Part shown: in pieces, positions 1-12,288 of the stretch | Numbering within the stretch: the first letter of the stretch is position 1 | How the letters are laid out: the number at the start of each line of letters is the position of its first letter | NCBI GenBank assembly: GCA_964035545.1 | Contig: OZ037768.1 | Span: 12,843,675 to 12,907,674, forward strand | DNA from: Bugula neritina | Lineage: Eukaryota; Animalia; Bryozoa | DNA length: 64,000 bases | Direction of reading: 5' to 3' | Notes under the pieces: model-generated | Database searches by the model: none | Told to the model about the DNA's origin: nothing | Seen by the model: the letters and a program-made list of their open reading frames with translations, nothing else | Translations under genes and position numbers: made by a program

Positions 1-238
1 CTAGAGCCGTGTGATTCATGAAATGTTGGTTATGTTGCTTTTTTCAAAGTATCCATTACGCTTGGGATAAGCACTTTGAGACTATAATTATTCTTATGTT
101 GATGTTAGAGCAACATGCACTTGTTTATGGAGTAATAATATGAAATGTTATACTGACAGTATAACTAAGGTAGTGTATATTGGCATCATTTTACCCTCAC
201 AGACACAGTGTTGGAGATTTTCAATGTCTCCCTTACAG

Positions 239-1325
239 GCTCTGTTTAAACTTTTGTGATATCAGATTGCAATTTGTAGAAGAGAAGAGAGAAATAGAAG
301 TAGACTTGGTTCCTGCAGCAGACATGATTATTAGTTTAGATCAAGGAGTGACAACTTTTAATCTTCCGGAATCTCTCAAACTCTTACAGTCTGTTGATGT
401 GTCTAATAGCTGTTATTCTGCCTTTAAATATGAGGGTCACACCTATGTAGGGCTGGATAAAGGTGGAGGAATACACAAAATTGACGAGAGTTTCGGTATT
501 CCGAAGTCTTTTATTTCTATCACTAACAATGTAAATGGAGTCACAGTGCATAAGAATAAGCTGTATGCTGCACAGTATATCAGCAGCACTAACTGGGTGG
601 TACATGTGTATGATCTTACTGGGAAACAGGTGACCAGCTGGTCTCACCATGATAGTAGTGATCGTTTGAATAAGCTTGCTATTGTTGATGATCAGGTTAT
701 TGTCCCTGATAGACACAGTAAAAGACTTACAATCTACTCTCTTACTGGGGAAGTAATTAAACATGTCTCCTGCCCTCTACTCAGTAGTGACGTTGTAGCA
801 ATATGCGCCTTATATATTTAGTTCTTTAGGAGTGCGGACCGTTACGAAAAAGCTGTAACGGTCCGCAACCAAAAGTAGCTGAATATAATTAGGAAAAAAC
901 ATGGGAAATGAAGCAAAATTAAAAAGAGCTTTGATTATTTAGGTGTATTTATTGGTATTTTACTAGTTTTGGCCAAAAAACCCATGTCCATTAGCAGTTG
1001 AATTGCGAGAAATATCTAAAAACTGAAAATATCCAGTGCGTACTAGTTTAAGTAAAATGACCCATAATTGAATATAATGTTGTTAGATCGTGACTAAAAT
1101 ATATTCAAACAATATGTAGCCTCAAGTATGTTTTCCTTCAATTTCTGGATATATATTATATTTAGGCTACAGTGAACTTGTTATAATGTAGGTAGACAGA
1201 TGTCTATGCTAGAAGACGCAACTGTTAGGAGTGATTGTAGTTTACTTGATCTCCATGTGTATAAAGACATGTTGATTGTACCCAGATCTGATGAGAAGAA
1301 AGTTCTATTCTACCAACTCAACTAA
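239..1325 (+). pseudogene. 3' part of an NHL/beta-propeller-like gene (TRIM/NHL-type C-terminal domain), interrupted by a repeat at ~810-1063
   Basis: Exon starts after cttacAG at 239 and reads LCLNFCDIRLQ...VNGVTVHKNKLY...VHVYDLTGKQVTSW...LAIVDDQVIVPDRHSKRLTIYSLTGEVIKH (repeating beta-blade pattern). It runs into a stop at 819-821 at the edge of a repeat with no splice donor. A separate terminal exon 1192-1325 after tgtAG reads RQMSMLEDATVRSDCSLLDLHVYKDMLIVPRSDEKKVLFYQLN*. Upstream exons are outside the window. Confidence 0.6.
820..1063 (+). mobile_element. Dispersed repeat with a terminal 13-bp hairpin (copy 1)
   Basis: Stem tgcggaccgttac (833-845) pairs perfectly with gtaacggtccgca (855-867). 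The ~240 bp aligns by eye as the reverse complement of 38187-38420. Confidence 0.75.
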
Positions 1326-2702
1326 ACAGGTATTATGTATATAGTAGGAGTTATGTCCCTCCTATGACATTTTGGAATCAAATGTAGTCCATGCTTCAGA
1401 CTTGTTAGTTATATTATATCAAGTAGTGACAACCTCAGAACTTTCCCACTCTCAAAAATCAAACACACTTGGAAAGCAAGACTATGTGGAAATGTTGGAA
1501 AAACTGTTAAGTGATAGCATAGGATAACACTGTTTTGACTCATTGAATTCGCAATTCATTTACTGTGACATCACACAGAAGAACTAGTTCAGTTTTTCTC
1601 TGCTTCCATTTTTGTCCAATTCAACTTAACCTTTTTGTCAGGTATGTTTATCCTGCCAAACTCATTTCTTATCTTTCGGTTTATTCCCCAAGCCTTGGTT
1701 TATATTACTAGTTGTGATATATCATAAGCAACTAGTAATACTATTTAGAATAATTATTATTTATTTCTTTAAAGTTGTCTCCTCACTTCTTTTTTTTTTC
1801 ATCACAGGAAAAGAAGTAGTTACCGCAGCAGAGGCATCTAGTTATTTACAAAGTGACATGTGAATAAAGACAGTTGATTGGTCAGTTCTCCTGACCTAGT
1901 AACACTGGTTGGTTATGTACATTACCATCTCATTCAAACATTCATTATTGTAGGGTTTTTGATATTATCTATCATACAGGACTGGTGACTCCGTAGTAGC
2001 AATTATTGTATATTATCTACCTTTCAACAGTGAACATTCTGTAGTACTTACTTTCTATTGACAACCAAAAACAGTTCATCATATATAGTATATATACCTT
2101 TCAAGACTAATACATGGTTTAATTTATATAATTTGAGTAGTATATGTGTCAGCCAATAGTTGTTACTGTGTCAGGGTGCTGTTTGGCATGGATGCCTATG
2201 TATTGTGATTCACTTAATGAAGGGTGAATAGATAGAGGACACAGAAGCAGGCCACAACTCTACTTTTTGTCTATTGCCAACAGTATATTTCTCATAAAAC
2301 TCAAATTCAAACTCAAACTGTAACCTATAACCGTGAAAACATCTTGTTAACTTAACATTAATTAACACAGCTGACAAAACATTTAGTTGATAAAGTTAAA
2401 AAGATAGTATGATATTTGATATTTACAACTATTTGGACAATAAAGTTTAGGTTGCCTGCATCTTTAACAAGAGGAAAATTGAGCTACACCTACTCATTGA
2501 TCAAAAACTTCCAGTAAATAGCTATCACGAAAGCTTTCACAAAAAGCTTTCATCACACAATAGTTTTCTCAAAGTTACCAAAAGAAACTCCTGCAACAGT
2601 ATAATATCAGCATGTTGTATTGTAGCACTTGCAGATCAGTGTCAACATTAGTCATGTGACATGTTGGCACCAGTCAAGCAGCTTAGTTTTCTTTTAGTTT
2701 GT

Positions 2703-2818
2703 TTGAGAATGCTGGGCGACAAGTGTGAATGTTTTCTCAACGCGTACAGTGGACACCTTTGCTACTTGTGATTTCAATTTTCGCATGCGAAAATACGCAC
2801 CGTGTGGCCTTAGGCTTA
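2703..2818 (-). mobile_element. Solo arm of the GCCTAGGGCCACACGG MITE family
   Basis: tacagtggacacctttgctacttgtgatttcaattttcgcatgcgaaaatacgcaccgtgtggccttaggctta is near-identical to the TIR of the element at 20925-21268. Confidence 0.85.
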
Positions 2819-3684
2819 CTCTGCACTACATGGGGTACATTATTGGGTTTCAATTCTGATAAGGCAACTGAAATATAAAGTATCTTTCTGACTAGCCAGT
2901 GCAGTCTGACATAAGTTTGAAGTTGGTTTATAGAATTTAATTTTATTGGAGGTTCATAAGAGCATTCTATATAGTAGAGAGAAGATAACTCTCTCACAGG
3001 TTATAAAAATAATGGTAGGGGGGAGGGAGGCTGGGTAGAATGTTCAAAGGGGTATAAAAAATAACTCTCACAAGTTATTGAATTGTAACAGTCCCTAGCT
3101 CTGGTCAGTTTTAATATATTATGTATGTTATATTACAGTAATAGAATTTTAATGAAATCATTTATTTTAGTTCGTTTATACTATTGAAAATTTAGCACTG
3201 TTATAATTTAGTCAAGTTGCAGACGGCTGCACATGCTCCAACAGATAAGTAAATAGGACAACATGCTGAACATAGTACTGCTTTCTCAATTGTTCTTATA
3301 TTAGGTTTTTAAAAACCTGCAGTGAAAAAGTTGTTCAAAAACTCATTCACTTAAATCCAATTGTCCTGCAGGTACCAAATTTATATTAATTTCAGTGTTT
3401 TGTTATTAAGAATTAAATTAAATACAAACTGTCTACCACTTTGTAAAATATGGAGAACCTGTAATTGTAGCTTATAAGTCCTAATAATAAGATAGTAAAG
3501 TTAATGTAATAGTAAATTTAAATATTTGCTAAATTTAAATTAAGATACCATTGTTGTATGACATCACAATCATAATACTACCCACAACAAAAACTGCTTA
3601 CATCATAATTATTAGTCTACATTTCTATTGAAAGCATTATTGTTTTGATATTATGTTGAATGTTAATATGCTTATACTGTGAAA

Positions 3685-6600
3685 ATGATATTAGAATTAT
3701 TCAGAAGCTTTCGGGCCTCAATTACCAATTTGGGTAAGTTTTACATGCAAAGCCATATAATTTACAAACTTGTCTAACTACAATATTTTATATCTTTGTC
3801 ATTTGGGTTTAGCTAATTTTGTTCCAATATAAATGTATTCATGAGTTACATGTATGTACACTCTTAGAGTGACTGCATCATATGAATGGCTGTCATATCC
3901 TTTTCAGCTTGGCTAATTAAAGCTGCCTGCATTACTATTTTGCAATTTGGCCATATCATCTTGCCATCATCATAGCCAATCTAGCATAAGTTTAAATATG
4001 GTCATTCAAATGTTTGCACACAGTAAAAACACGCATCAATCTTGAGAATATTGTCCCATTAGATAAAGACGAACCACAAGTACAGTATTATTTTTTACCT
4101 ACTATTTTGTTTTGAATAAAGGGGTACAGCCAATTTAGTAATATATAGGCATAACATTAAAAGATCAACTAATGATTTTTTTGATATTTTGAAATGGTAT
4201 TCAAACTCTATAGACCTCCTTGAATCAGATGGTGAAGTGAATATATTATCTAAGTTCATACATGACAGTATTGTCACTTTTAGTATGTTGCCGAGCTAGT
4301 GAATCTGAAATAGAGGTTGACAGTGAGGAAATATCTATTGATCACAGTGAGATCAGTAGTAGTCAACTACATACACCCTCTTCTCTGGACAATGAAGACC
4401 CATCTTCAGTAAGCACACACTCAACTTACAGAGTTAGGAGTAACTGTAGAACTACACTGCAATGAGTTCCACAGTCACATTTAGTTTTAAATTTAGAAGA
4501 CTTGAAGTTCCTGGTTGACTATTTTAAAAATGGTTCATTGTTTGTGACTTTTCTGTTGCATCATTACTATAAGAAACCTGTATAGCTGTATAAGTAGTGT
4601 TTGCTTAGTATGTAACAAAATTAAAGTAGTGAATAGTGTAGATAGTGTACTGTTTCTGTTGCAGCATGAATTTGATGTGAATGCTGAGGTTAGAGATAAC
4701 TATTCCCTGCTGCATGTAGCAGCAAAACAAGGAATTGAACGAGTTATCACTTCACTTCCAAAGCATTCAAAACTGTTTGATTCCATGACTAAGGTAACAA
4801 TTTAGTGTATTCAGTGCCTCCACCTGAGAAAAAAAAATAGTTGTGTATGTTGATTAGGACTGGTAATAAATAATCTTCTGGAATTCTCTTCTGGTGTAGT
4901 TGCATAATTTTCTCCTTAAGTATTTTGAGTTACATGTAGACACAGTGCATGCTGGTGCTTGTAGAATGGAATGACACCTCTCCATGTCAGCATTGAAAAC
5001 AATCAACAGACAGTAACTAGGATGTTACTGCAAAAAGGCGCAAAGCCTGAACTCAAAAATGATGATGGACATACAGCTCTGCACCTAGCTGCTCAGCATG
5101 GTCAAGCTGCAATAGTTTTACTTCTGCTGGAGAAATATGGTGTCTCCCCTGACAGCAGGGCTAAGGTGAGAGTTATTCTGCTAAACTTGAGATAGCTCAG
5201 CAAAATTATGAACATTTTGGAGTCTGTTTGATCAATGTATGTTAGTTTCATTACTTTTTATGATTAAAAATTACCTACATTGTAAATGGCCATGTTAATG
5301 TTCTGCTTACTGTTGAACTACATAACCTATAAAAAGAATTGTCATATTTTCTCGAATCTAGAAACCCTCATCATAATGTTAGTAAGAGTGCTTACATCTT
5401 GTTAATTATATTCTTTATTCTAATCTCTGATGATTCATAAAGTCTACTGAACGGTTACTAGTAATTGTGTTTACAGAATGGCTACACCGCTCTACATTAT
5501 GCTGTGGAAAAAGGTGACATGGATACGGTCTGTGCTCTGATTGAGTACAGCGCAAGCGTATGCGCAGAGTCGGAAGATGGGTTCACCCCCCTACACCTTG
5601 CTGTTAGGGATGGACTCAGTGATATTGTATCGATGCTGTTGGAAAATGGTGCTAGTTCCAACTGCTATGCCAAGGTAAGTGTAGAGTCACATGGCGCGTC
5701 TTACAACGAGCGTGACATGCGATAAATCTCATTTAGAACAAAAATTGGACATTGCGTGCGACACGCTTGTGCGACACAGCTTGATCTAATAAGCTTATTA
5801 CCATGTAATATTTAGCGAGCGCATTTTTTTATTTTAATTTACGATTTAACTTCTAGCGAGCTGAATTAAAACAGTTTTATATAGTTTGCATTTCCGCTTT
5901 TATAATATTCAAATCCGATGACGTAGTTTAAAAACAAATGTCTGTAGGTGAGCAGTTAAGTTTAACGCTAACATCATTGGCTTTAATAATTTTTTGCACT
6001 CAAAACACATGCACTGTGTGTGGCAAGTCACTAGCGTGTATTCTAATGGGATTTCTCGCACGTCACGCTCGCGTAAAACGTGTCATGTGGCCCTACACTA
6101 AGTCTACTTGTTCCAAATAGCTAGTAATATTTTACAGCAATTTTTCGCAACTGCTAGTGCAGCAGCTACTATCCCAACATTTGTTCCTCTTGGAATTCCT
6201 GTATTCAAACCGTTAATACTGTTTTATTTAATAGATGTCTATTTGGTAAGTTTTTAAGAATAGACTGGTTTTCCTTTGTAAATTATTTAAATCTTGTAAG
6301 TAGAGAAGCTACAAATTTGAGAAAAGATAACACCAAGTTACCAGAAAAATATGAGAACTCAAACTGTGCAAATATTATGACTACTTCAACTGCTATATCA
6401 GCTGACTATTATTATGTATTATGAAGATTCTTACGAAGTACAAAGAATAAAATTGAAAGCTTTCTTGTCGAATGTGTCAATCATTTGCTGGTATAAAAAT
6501 ACATTTTTTAGAATGGAGTAACTCCAATGCACCTTTGCTTGGAAGGGAGCCATAGCATCATAGTCAACATCCTTAACAGGTATAATGCCAGTGGATGCTC

Positions 6601-9486
6601 ATCTGAACAAAATCATGAAGAACTAAACACTAGAGCATCTCTCTTAAGACCTCGTAAAGGACAAGTCCGACGGGCTTTACGAAGTATTGCCTCTGCTGGT
6701 AATAATCGGACTAATAACTTACCAATTCCTCTGTTTCATGCTGGCAAAATTATCTGTAAAATTGAAGTGTGAATAATTTCCGAATTGATTATTAATAGTT
6801 TATGGTTTTGCATGATTGTTATAAAACTCATAGCTACACAGGATAGTTAAGGGCAACCTTTTAGCTGCAAATGCCTTGCTGAGGTTTGCATTGTAATCAT
6901 ATAAGAATTCAGTACCAGTAAAATAAAATCTCACCTAATTGTGCTAGAGTCAAAATTTAAAAACTATGTTGTAGATCTTCTCTTTCTCCAGTGTAAATTT
7001 TTTGGAAATTTCAATTTTCATTTTTTTTGCGAAGTTATAGACAAAAAACTGCCGAATTTTGGCCAATTTTGCCTGAAAAGCTGACTTTTCAGTACCAGTA
7101 AAATATCTCAGCAGCAAAACATGATATCTGAATAAAAATTGCACTGCTGGAATCCTGAGATATTTCTCCAGTGTAAGTTTTTTTCTTTTTTCAATAACTC
7201 TGCTAGATTGCTCATAAATTGGTGATTTATACACTGAAAATGCCATATTTTCTCATAAGAAACTAGCAGCGCGCAGCACTTCACGCTTCACTGAGCACGT
7301 AGGGATGAGAAGATATTGGCGCCTACATAATAATTACAGGCTAGCTAACTGGCAGGCTATAATGAATAGCTTGCTTTGTACTTTGTTTATGTAGCACCAA
7401 TAATGGAATGTTGATAGATAACGCAGCCCTAACGAAGGTTGCTGCTTATTGGTTGTAGTTTAATCTTAGGCTAAACAATTACAAGTAGGCAACACGCATG
7501 CCACCCGCAGAGCAATATTATTCAAGAACCTGAACTACATTATGAGAGAAATTTATGATATTCTTAGTGAGGATGCCCTTAACTATCCTGTGTAATTTTA
7601 TTTCACGAGCACGTATAGTTAGAGGCCTAGTTAATTATGAGCAATATTTTAACCCTCAATACTTGTAAATATATTATATCAATTCCTAATCACACACGCA
7701 CGCACGCACACACACGCTAGTAATACATTCTATTCATTTTAGGCTTGAAATGCAAGAGCCTTTTTACACTAAAAAAAAAAAAGACTTGTAAAGGGGCCCA
7801 CAGCACACCTCATTCTCAGAAGGATTTAAACTCTGACAATTCATTGAAAAATGAAAGCCCTGGAAATACCGAGTACGTTTAGTATATGTATCCAACTATA
7901 TATGAACAAATTGGACATATTTTTTCTATATATTATGTAGACAAGAAATGCAATGAGCATGTTTCTCATTCTTTGGCTGTATGTAGTTCAAAAGTAATTT
8001 ATGGAAGACAATTTGTAAATTTTTTGTAAAAAATTACTTATTTTTTATTTGTAGGGAGAAGCTCCAACTGAAAAGGTAATGATAACTAACTTGGCAGAAA
8101 TGTTGCAGTTAAAAATGGTGGCAAATGTTACTCAATTTTATTGGGTTTATTTTAATCATTGCAGTAGAGGTTTTTCTATATATAGAAAAACTTCTACTGC
8201 AATAACACACACAAATGCTCACATGAATTAACTATATACTAGCTACTTAATTATCAGCTGTGTTGACATAGTATATGCATCTCATTTTAGATTCCGGCTT
8301 AGTTTTCTGGTGGACGCCAGCGGAGGAATTTTCCAGGGATGCCGAGAGAAAGTTCGATTTTTTATTCCAGCAGGTGTGGCAACTGAACCCACTAGAATTG
8401 TGTGCCGTCTCCTCGAGAAAGGAGTGATGCCCTCTCTTCATAACAGTGAATCTGTCATCTCCCCCATTCTCTCTCTAGAACCTGCTTGTGCCACCTTTAT
8501 TGGGTAAGCTTTCATTCACACACTTGTCATTTGGTTTTTATTTTTCTAAGTTTTTATTCGCACACTTGTCATTAAGTTTAGTAGGAACAAAATCAAATTT
8601 TTTTTTGTTTTTATTTTCTCATGTTTTCATTAAACGTTATTATATCTTTATTCAAACACAGTGCAAGCCAAAAACATGACTGCTTTAAAAATGGCACCTG
8701 TGTTTTTCCTTTTCAGCCCTGTCATAATAGATGTTGCTGCTAGTCAAGATGAACAGGAAACCATTGTCATCGCAAGTGATGATGGTGTAACATGGCAGGA
8801 ACATAAGCAGACAGTGAATGACAGCCTTTGTGGTATGTAGTATTAAATAGTAAACTTTGTTATCAACTTTAGCTTTTGCCAATTTTGAGCTGTCAACACC
8901 CTAGGATTCATCAGTATTGAAAAACTGTTATTTCACAAGCAGTGTAAAGTTACCAGGTTTAGAAACAGGTTGTTATAGCATGTCACATGCTGGTATTTAT
9001 ACAAATTTATACAAACTGTTTAGCTACTCTCCAGACTTTATTACCTTCAGAAATGTATAAACAACCTGAATGTTCATCGCCTCGAAATACTCCCCTCTTC
9101 CAATCAATGCAGCTGGCTATGGGTATAGCCACTATATTCATTGAGCATTATTTTTTAAGAACATCTCTGATATCTTTTGAAGCTGATAGTAACATGCAAT
9201 ATGATCAGAATTTAAGTGAAACTAGCTTCTGCTTACACTTTAAATAGTAGCATTATTGATATATCGTTCCTCTTTAAATAAAAAAACTGAGATGGTAAAC
9301 TTGTATCAAAGCATAGCAAGAAAATGTTAATACATAATTAATCTGATATATGTTATGTGCTTTTTAGACGTTGAGACTTTAGACAGAATAGTAGAAAAGA
9401 ATATGACGAGAATTGTTACAGCGAGGCTGCGCCGATATTTTGCTTTCGTTTCAAAAGCGAAAAGGGAAAATACTTCTGACTTCTGA
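3685..9486 (+). CDS. Ankyrin-repeat + single ZU5 domain protein (truncated ankyrin-like, ~495 aa)
   Basis: Frame-consistent GT-AG exons: 3685-3733, 4284-4408, 4665-4793, 4965-5165, 5477-5674, 6512-6698, 7743-7872, 8055-8075, 8291-8503, 8717-8832, 9368-9486 (1488 nt). ANK motifs NYSLLHVAA, GMTPLHVS, GHTALHLAA, GYTALHYAV, GFTPLHLAV, GVTPMHLC. ZU5 segment FRLSFLVDASGG...PTRIVCRL...ATFIGPVII...SDDGVTWQEH...RIVTARLRRYFAFVSK resembles the first ZU5 of ankyrins. The first two exons and the linker exons are less certain. Confidence 0.8.
5679..6098. mobile_element. PIF/Harbinger-like MITE, TAA target-site duplication
   Basis: Imperfect TIRs gtgtagagtcacatggcgcgtcttacaacgagcgtgac / gtcacgctcgcgtaaaacgtgtcatgtggccctacac. 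TAA at 5676-5678 and 6099-6101. Interior shared with 36754-38095. Confidence 0.85.
6837..7592. mobile_element. TA-flanked non-autonomous TIR element (Tc1/mariner-type TSD)
   Basis: Perfect 19-bp TIR cacaggatagttaagggca / tgcccttaactatcctgtg. TA at 6835-6836 and 7593-7594. No transposase ORF. Confidence 0.85.
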
Positions 9487-9887
9487 AGTTTCAAAACTAT
9501 TATGTGAAGATTATATAGAAAACTATATAAAAGACATTATTATTATTAACTGCTATATATAAATATTAATTATGTTGCATTGGAAGAAAATAAGTTCTTA
9601 GCTTTCAAACCAACTTCTGAAAATACTCTTGTGATTGAAAATGAAGTGTGCCTAATTCAATGCTTTAGACCTCAATGCTTTGTTCAGCCATCGTGGTGTT
9701 ATTTTGTTTCTTATTCTTCAACATCAGGGAACTTCAAAACATGTTTGACTATGGAATTGGTGTGAAAAAAAACTAATATCTTTGGTTTTAGTACCAATTT
9801 CACTTGCCTACCCAATGTTTATTTTTAAATACTTGTTGAGTGTATACTGCTTGCTCTAACATCTTACCTATATCTACCTATATTTGT

Positions 9888-10116
9888 CTATTTAAAGCAC
9901 TTTTGTGTAATTATATACATTCACTTGAGTAATCACATATGTATATTATAGAGCAGCAATAGTGTGTGATATTCTGTGCCAATATATCAATAGTATATGT
10001 TTACCTATTTAAAGCACTTTTGTGTACTTATATATATATATATATTATTTGCTTGTGCAATCACATATGCATAATATAGAGCAGCATTAGTGTGTGATAT
10101 TCTGTGCCAATATATC
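9888..10116. repeat. Two-copy tandem duplication (~100-110 bp unit)
   Basis: ctatttaaagcacttttgtgta...agtgtgtgatattctgtgccaatatatc occurs at 9888-9988 and 10005-10116; the second copy has an expanded TA run. Confidence 0.85.
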
Positions 10117-12288
10117 TGAGGGTAAAATTATTTTCCTCATTCAATACACACGTGTAAAGTGTACACCAAAACATACTTTGTTGTTGATTAAATATTCCAC
10201 ATAAATCCCTGGTGCATGTAATGTTGATAAGCATAGTCAACCACACTGATTATACATTTTACCACAAACTTGCCAAATACAATCATTAATGACAAAAATA
10301 TCTTAAATCAAAACACCTGCATAAATTTTCAAACAAAACGTTGGAATTAATTTGTTTGTGTTGTTTAAATTGATGAAAGTTAATTACTTTGTGTGACAAA
10401 AGTAAACTCGTTCAAATTAGTAACAACTCTCTACATGATAAATCATTTATGATCCTAAGTGTAATGGTGGTACTCAGTATATATAAAGGATTAGTGAGAA
10501 AACTTGGGAGTTACTTTCCCAAAAAAGTTGTGCGTGGCGCGTTAAGTCAACACACTTAGTCACATTATACCCAAAACATTGTAACAGCAATAATATTATA
10601 TTTGCACAGCTTAACCTGCAATTAACCATGCAAGCAATGCTAGTGGTTAGTTTTGTTATGTGTTCTGGAGTTATCCTACTTACCAATACATAGCTCATGT
10701 AGCTCCGTACATGGTGAAGGCAGCAGCCAACTTATATAAACCCTGAACAATGAGGTTGACTTGATACTCTGGTGAGTAGTAGCTTATGTAAAGTAATACA
10801 ACACTACTTTTTTTTTTATAATTACCCAAAAAATTATATGTTGGTGAATACTTTATGACGCTAGACCTAGCTGGTTTTATGAAACTTTACTCAACCTAAT
10901 TTCATTGCACCAAACACAATTTTAACTGCTGACCCTGGATGCTGTATTTATATAAGAACATAGCGCTTTACCTGACTAGAAAATAAGTTGTACAGTTCTT
11001 AAAAATTGAGTTTATGTTAATAGGGCTATGCTAAATCTCCAACGTAAACCACTTCAGCTTTCGCATTTCACAAAGTTTGTTAGTCACCATCTGTAATTAA
11101 TTAGGTAAACTATTTTATTTTTAAACATAGAAGTGTAGCTTTCTTTGTAGTCAAATTTTAGATGAACAGGGTGGGTTTGAGTTTATGGCGGAGGCTTGGG
11201 ACTTAAGTTTTGGGTTTGGAAGTGGTAGGTTGGGATTTTAATGGGAAGTTTATTACCAGATTTGCCATGTTTACCTGCTCGTCTGTTTGTGCCATCATCA
11301 CCTGTACCATTTTTACCTGCGCTATTTTATTTGAAATAGTATTATGCAAGTCGAAATATTGCAACGCGAAGTCAGTGCTCATATTGGGACTATTAGTTTC
11401 CAGTTCTTACTACTGCTAGTTTATACTAGCTCACAAGTTACTACTGTAGATCCTAACAGCTTTTTGAACAAGAACAGGTGCATTTGACAATATTTGCTAA
11501 CAAAGAATCAGTATATCTATCATCCTATACTACTGTAAAAGCAGTGGAAAGCTTGATAGGTTTCATGATTGATCATGATCCTTATCACTTATAGATTGTG
11601 CTATTGATTATGAATCCTGACATTACCGTAGTTCTGTAGCCTACAGTTGGAAAAAAAGTTGTGTGCCTTACACTATGTTAAGCTGTAGAAATTTAAAATC
11701 TGAGAAGATGTCTTTAAATTAATATACTTATATCAGGGAAGAAAACTCTCATGCCAATACTTAGAGTTGCAGCCTCAACATAGTGTGTTGGTAATATTTT
11801 CCATTCAACTGCTATAATTGTGTACAGAATACTAGTAGTTGGCATATGTCAATGAACTGCATGTACTAAATATAGCTTTATAATTAACAAAATACAATAA
11901 CTATAACATTTCTCAGTAAATAAAATGAGAACATTATAAACCAATACTGGATGAGAACTAATACAGTAAAATATAGAAAAACAATGTCTATGTGGTAAAA
12001 ATAAAATAAGATGTAATGTATATATTTTCAAGAATGAATACGAAAGACGTCATGTAAAACTAACGAAGATAGAAATATAAAACTATTTTGATAAGAGTAC
12101 TGTCGGGTTAATTATATATAAGTTACTTTGTATACTTTTTTTTATAAAATTGTAGGTAAACATCTATTATCTGAAGACCTCATGTTATTTTATATAGCAG
12201 CCAATAAATACTTTGTAACTAGAAATTTTTGATTAGAAGAAAACAAGTGGCGAGACTGAAATGTAACAGATCAAAGGAGTGTGTCACG

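Noticed and set aside
10700-12210. Possible small spliced plus-strand transcript (TATA-like 10733, donor 10772, 28-nt exon near 11450, AATAAA near 12203)
   Set aside because: No coherent ORF, and such signals are common by chance in AT-rich DNA.
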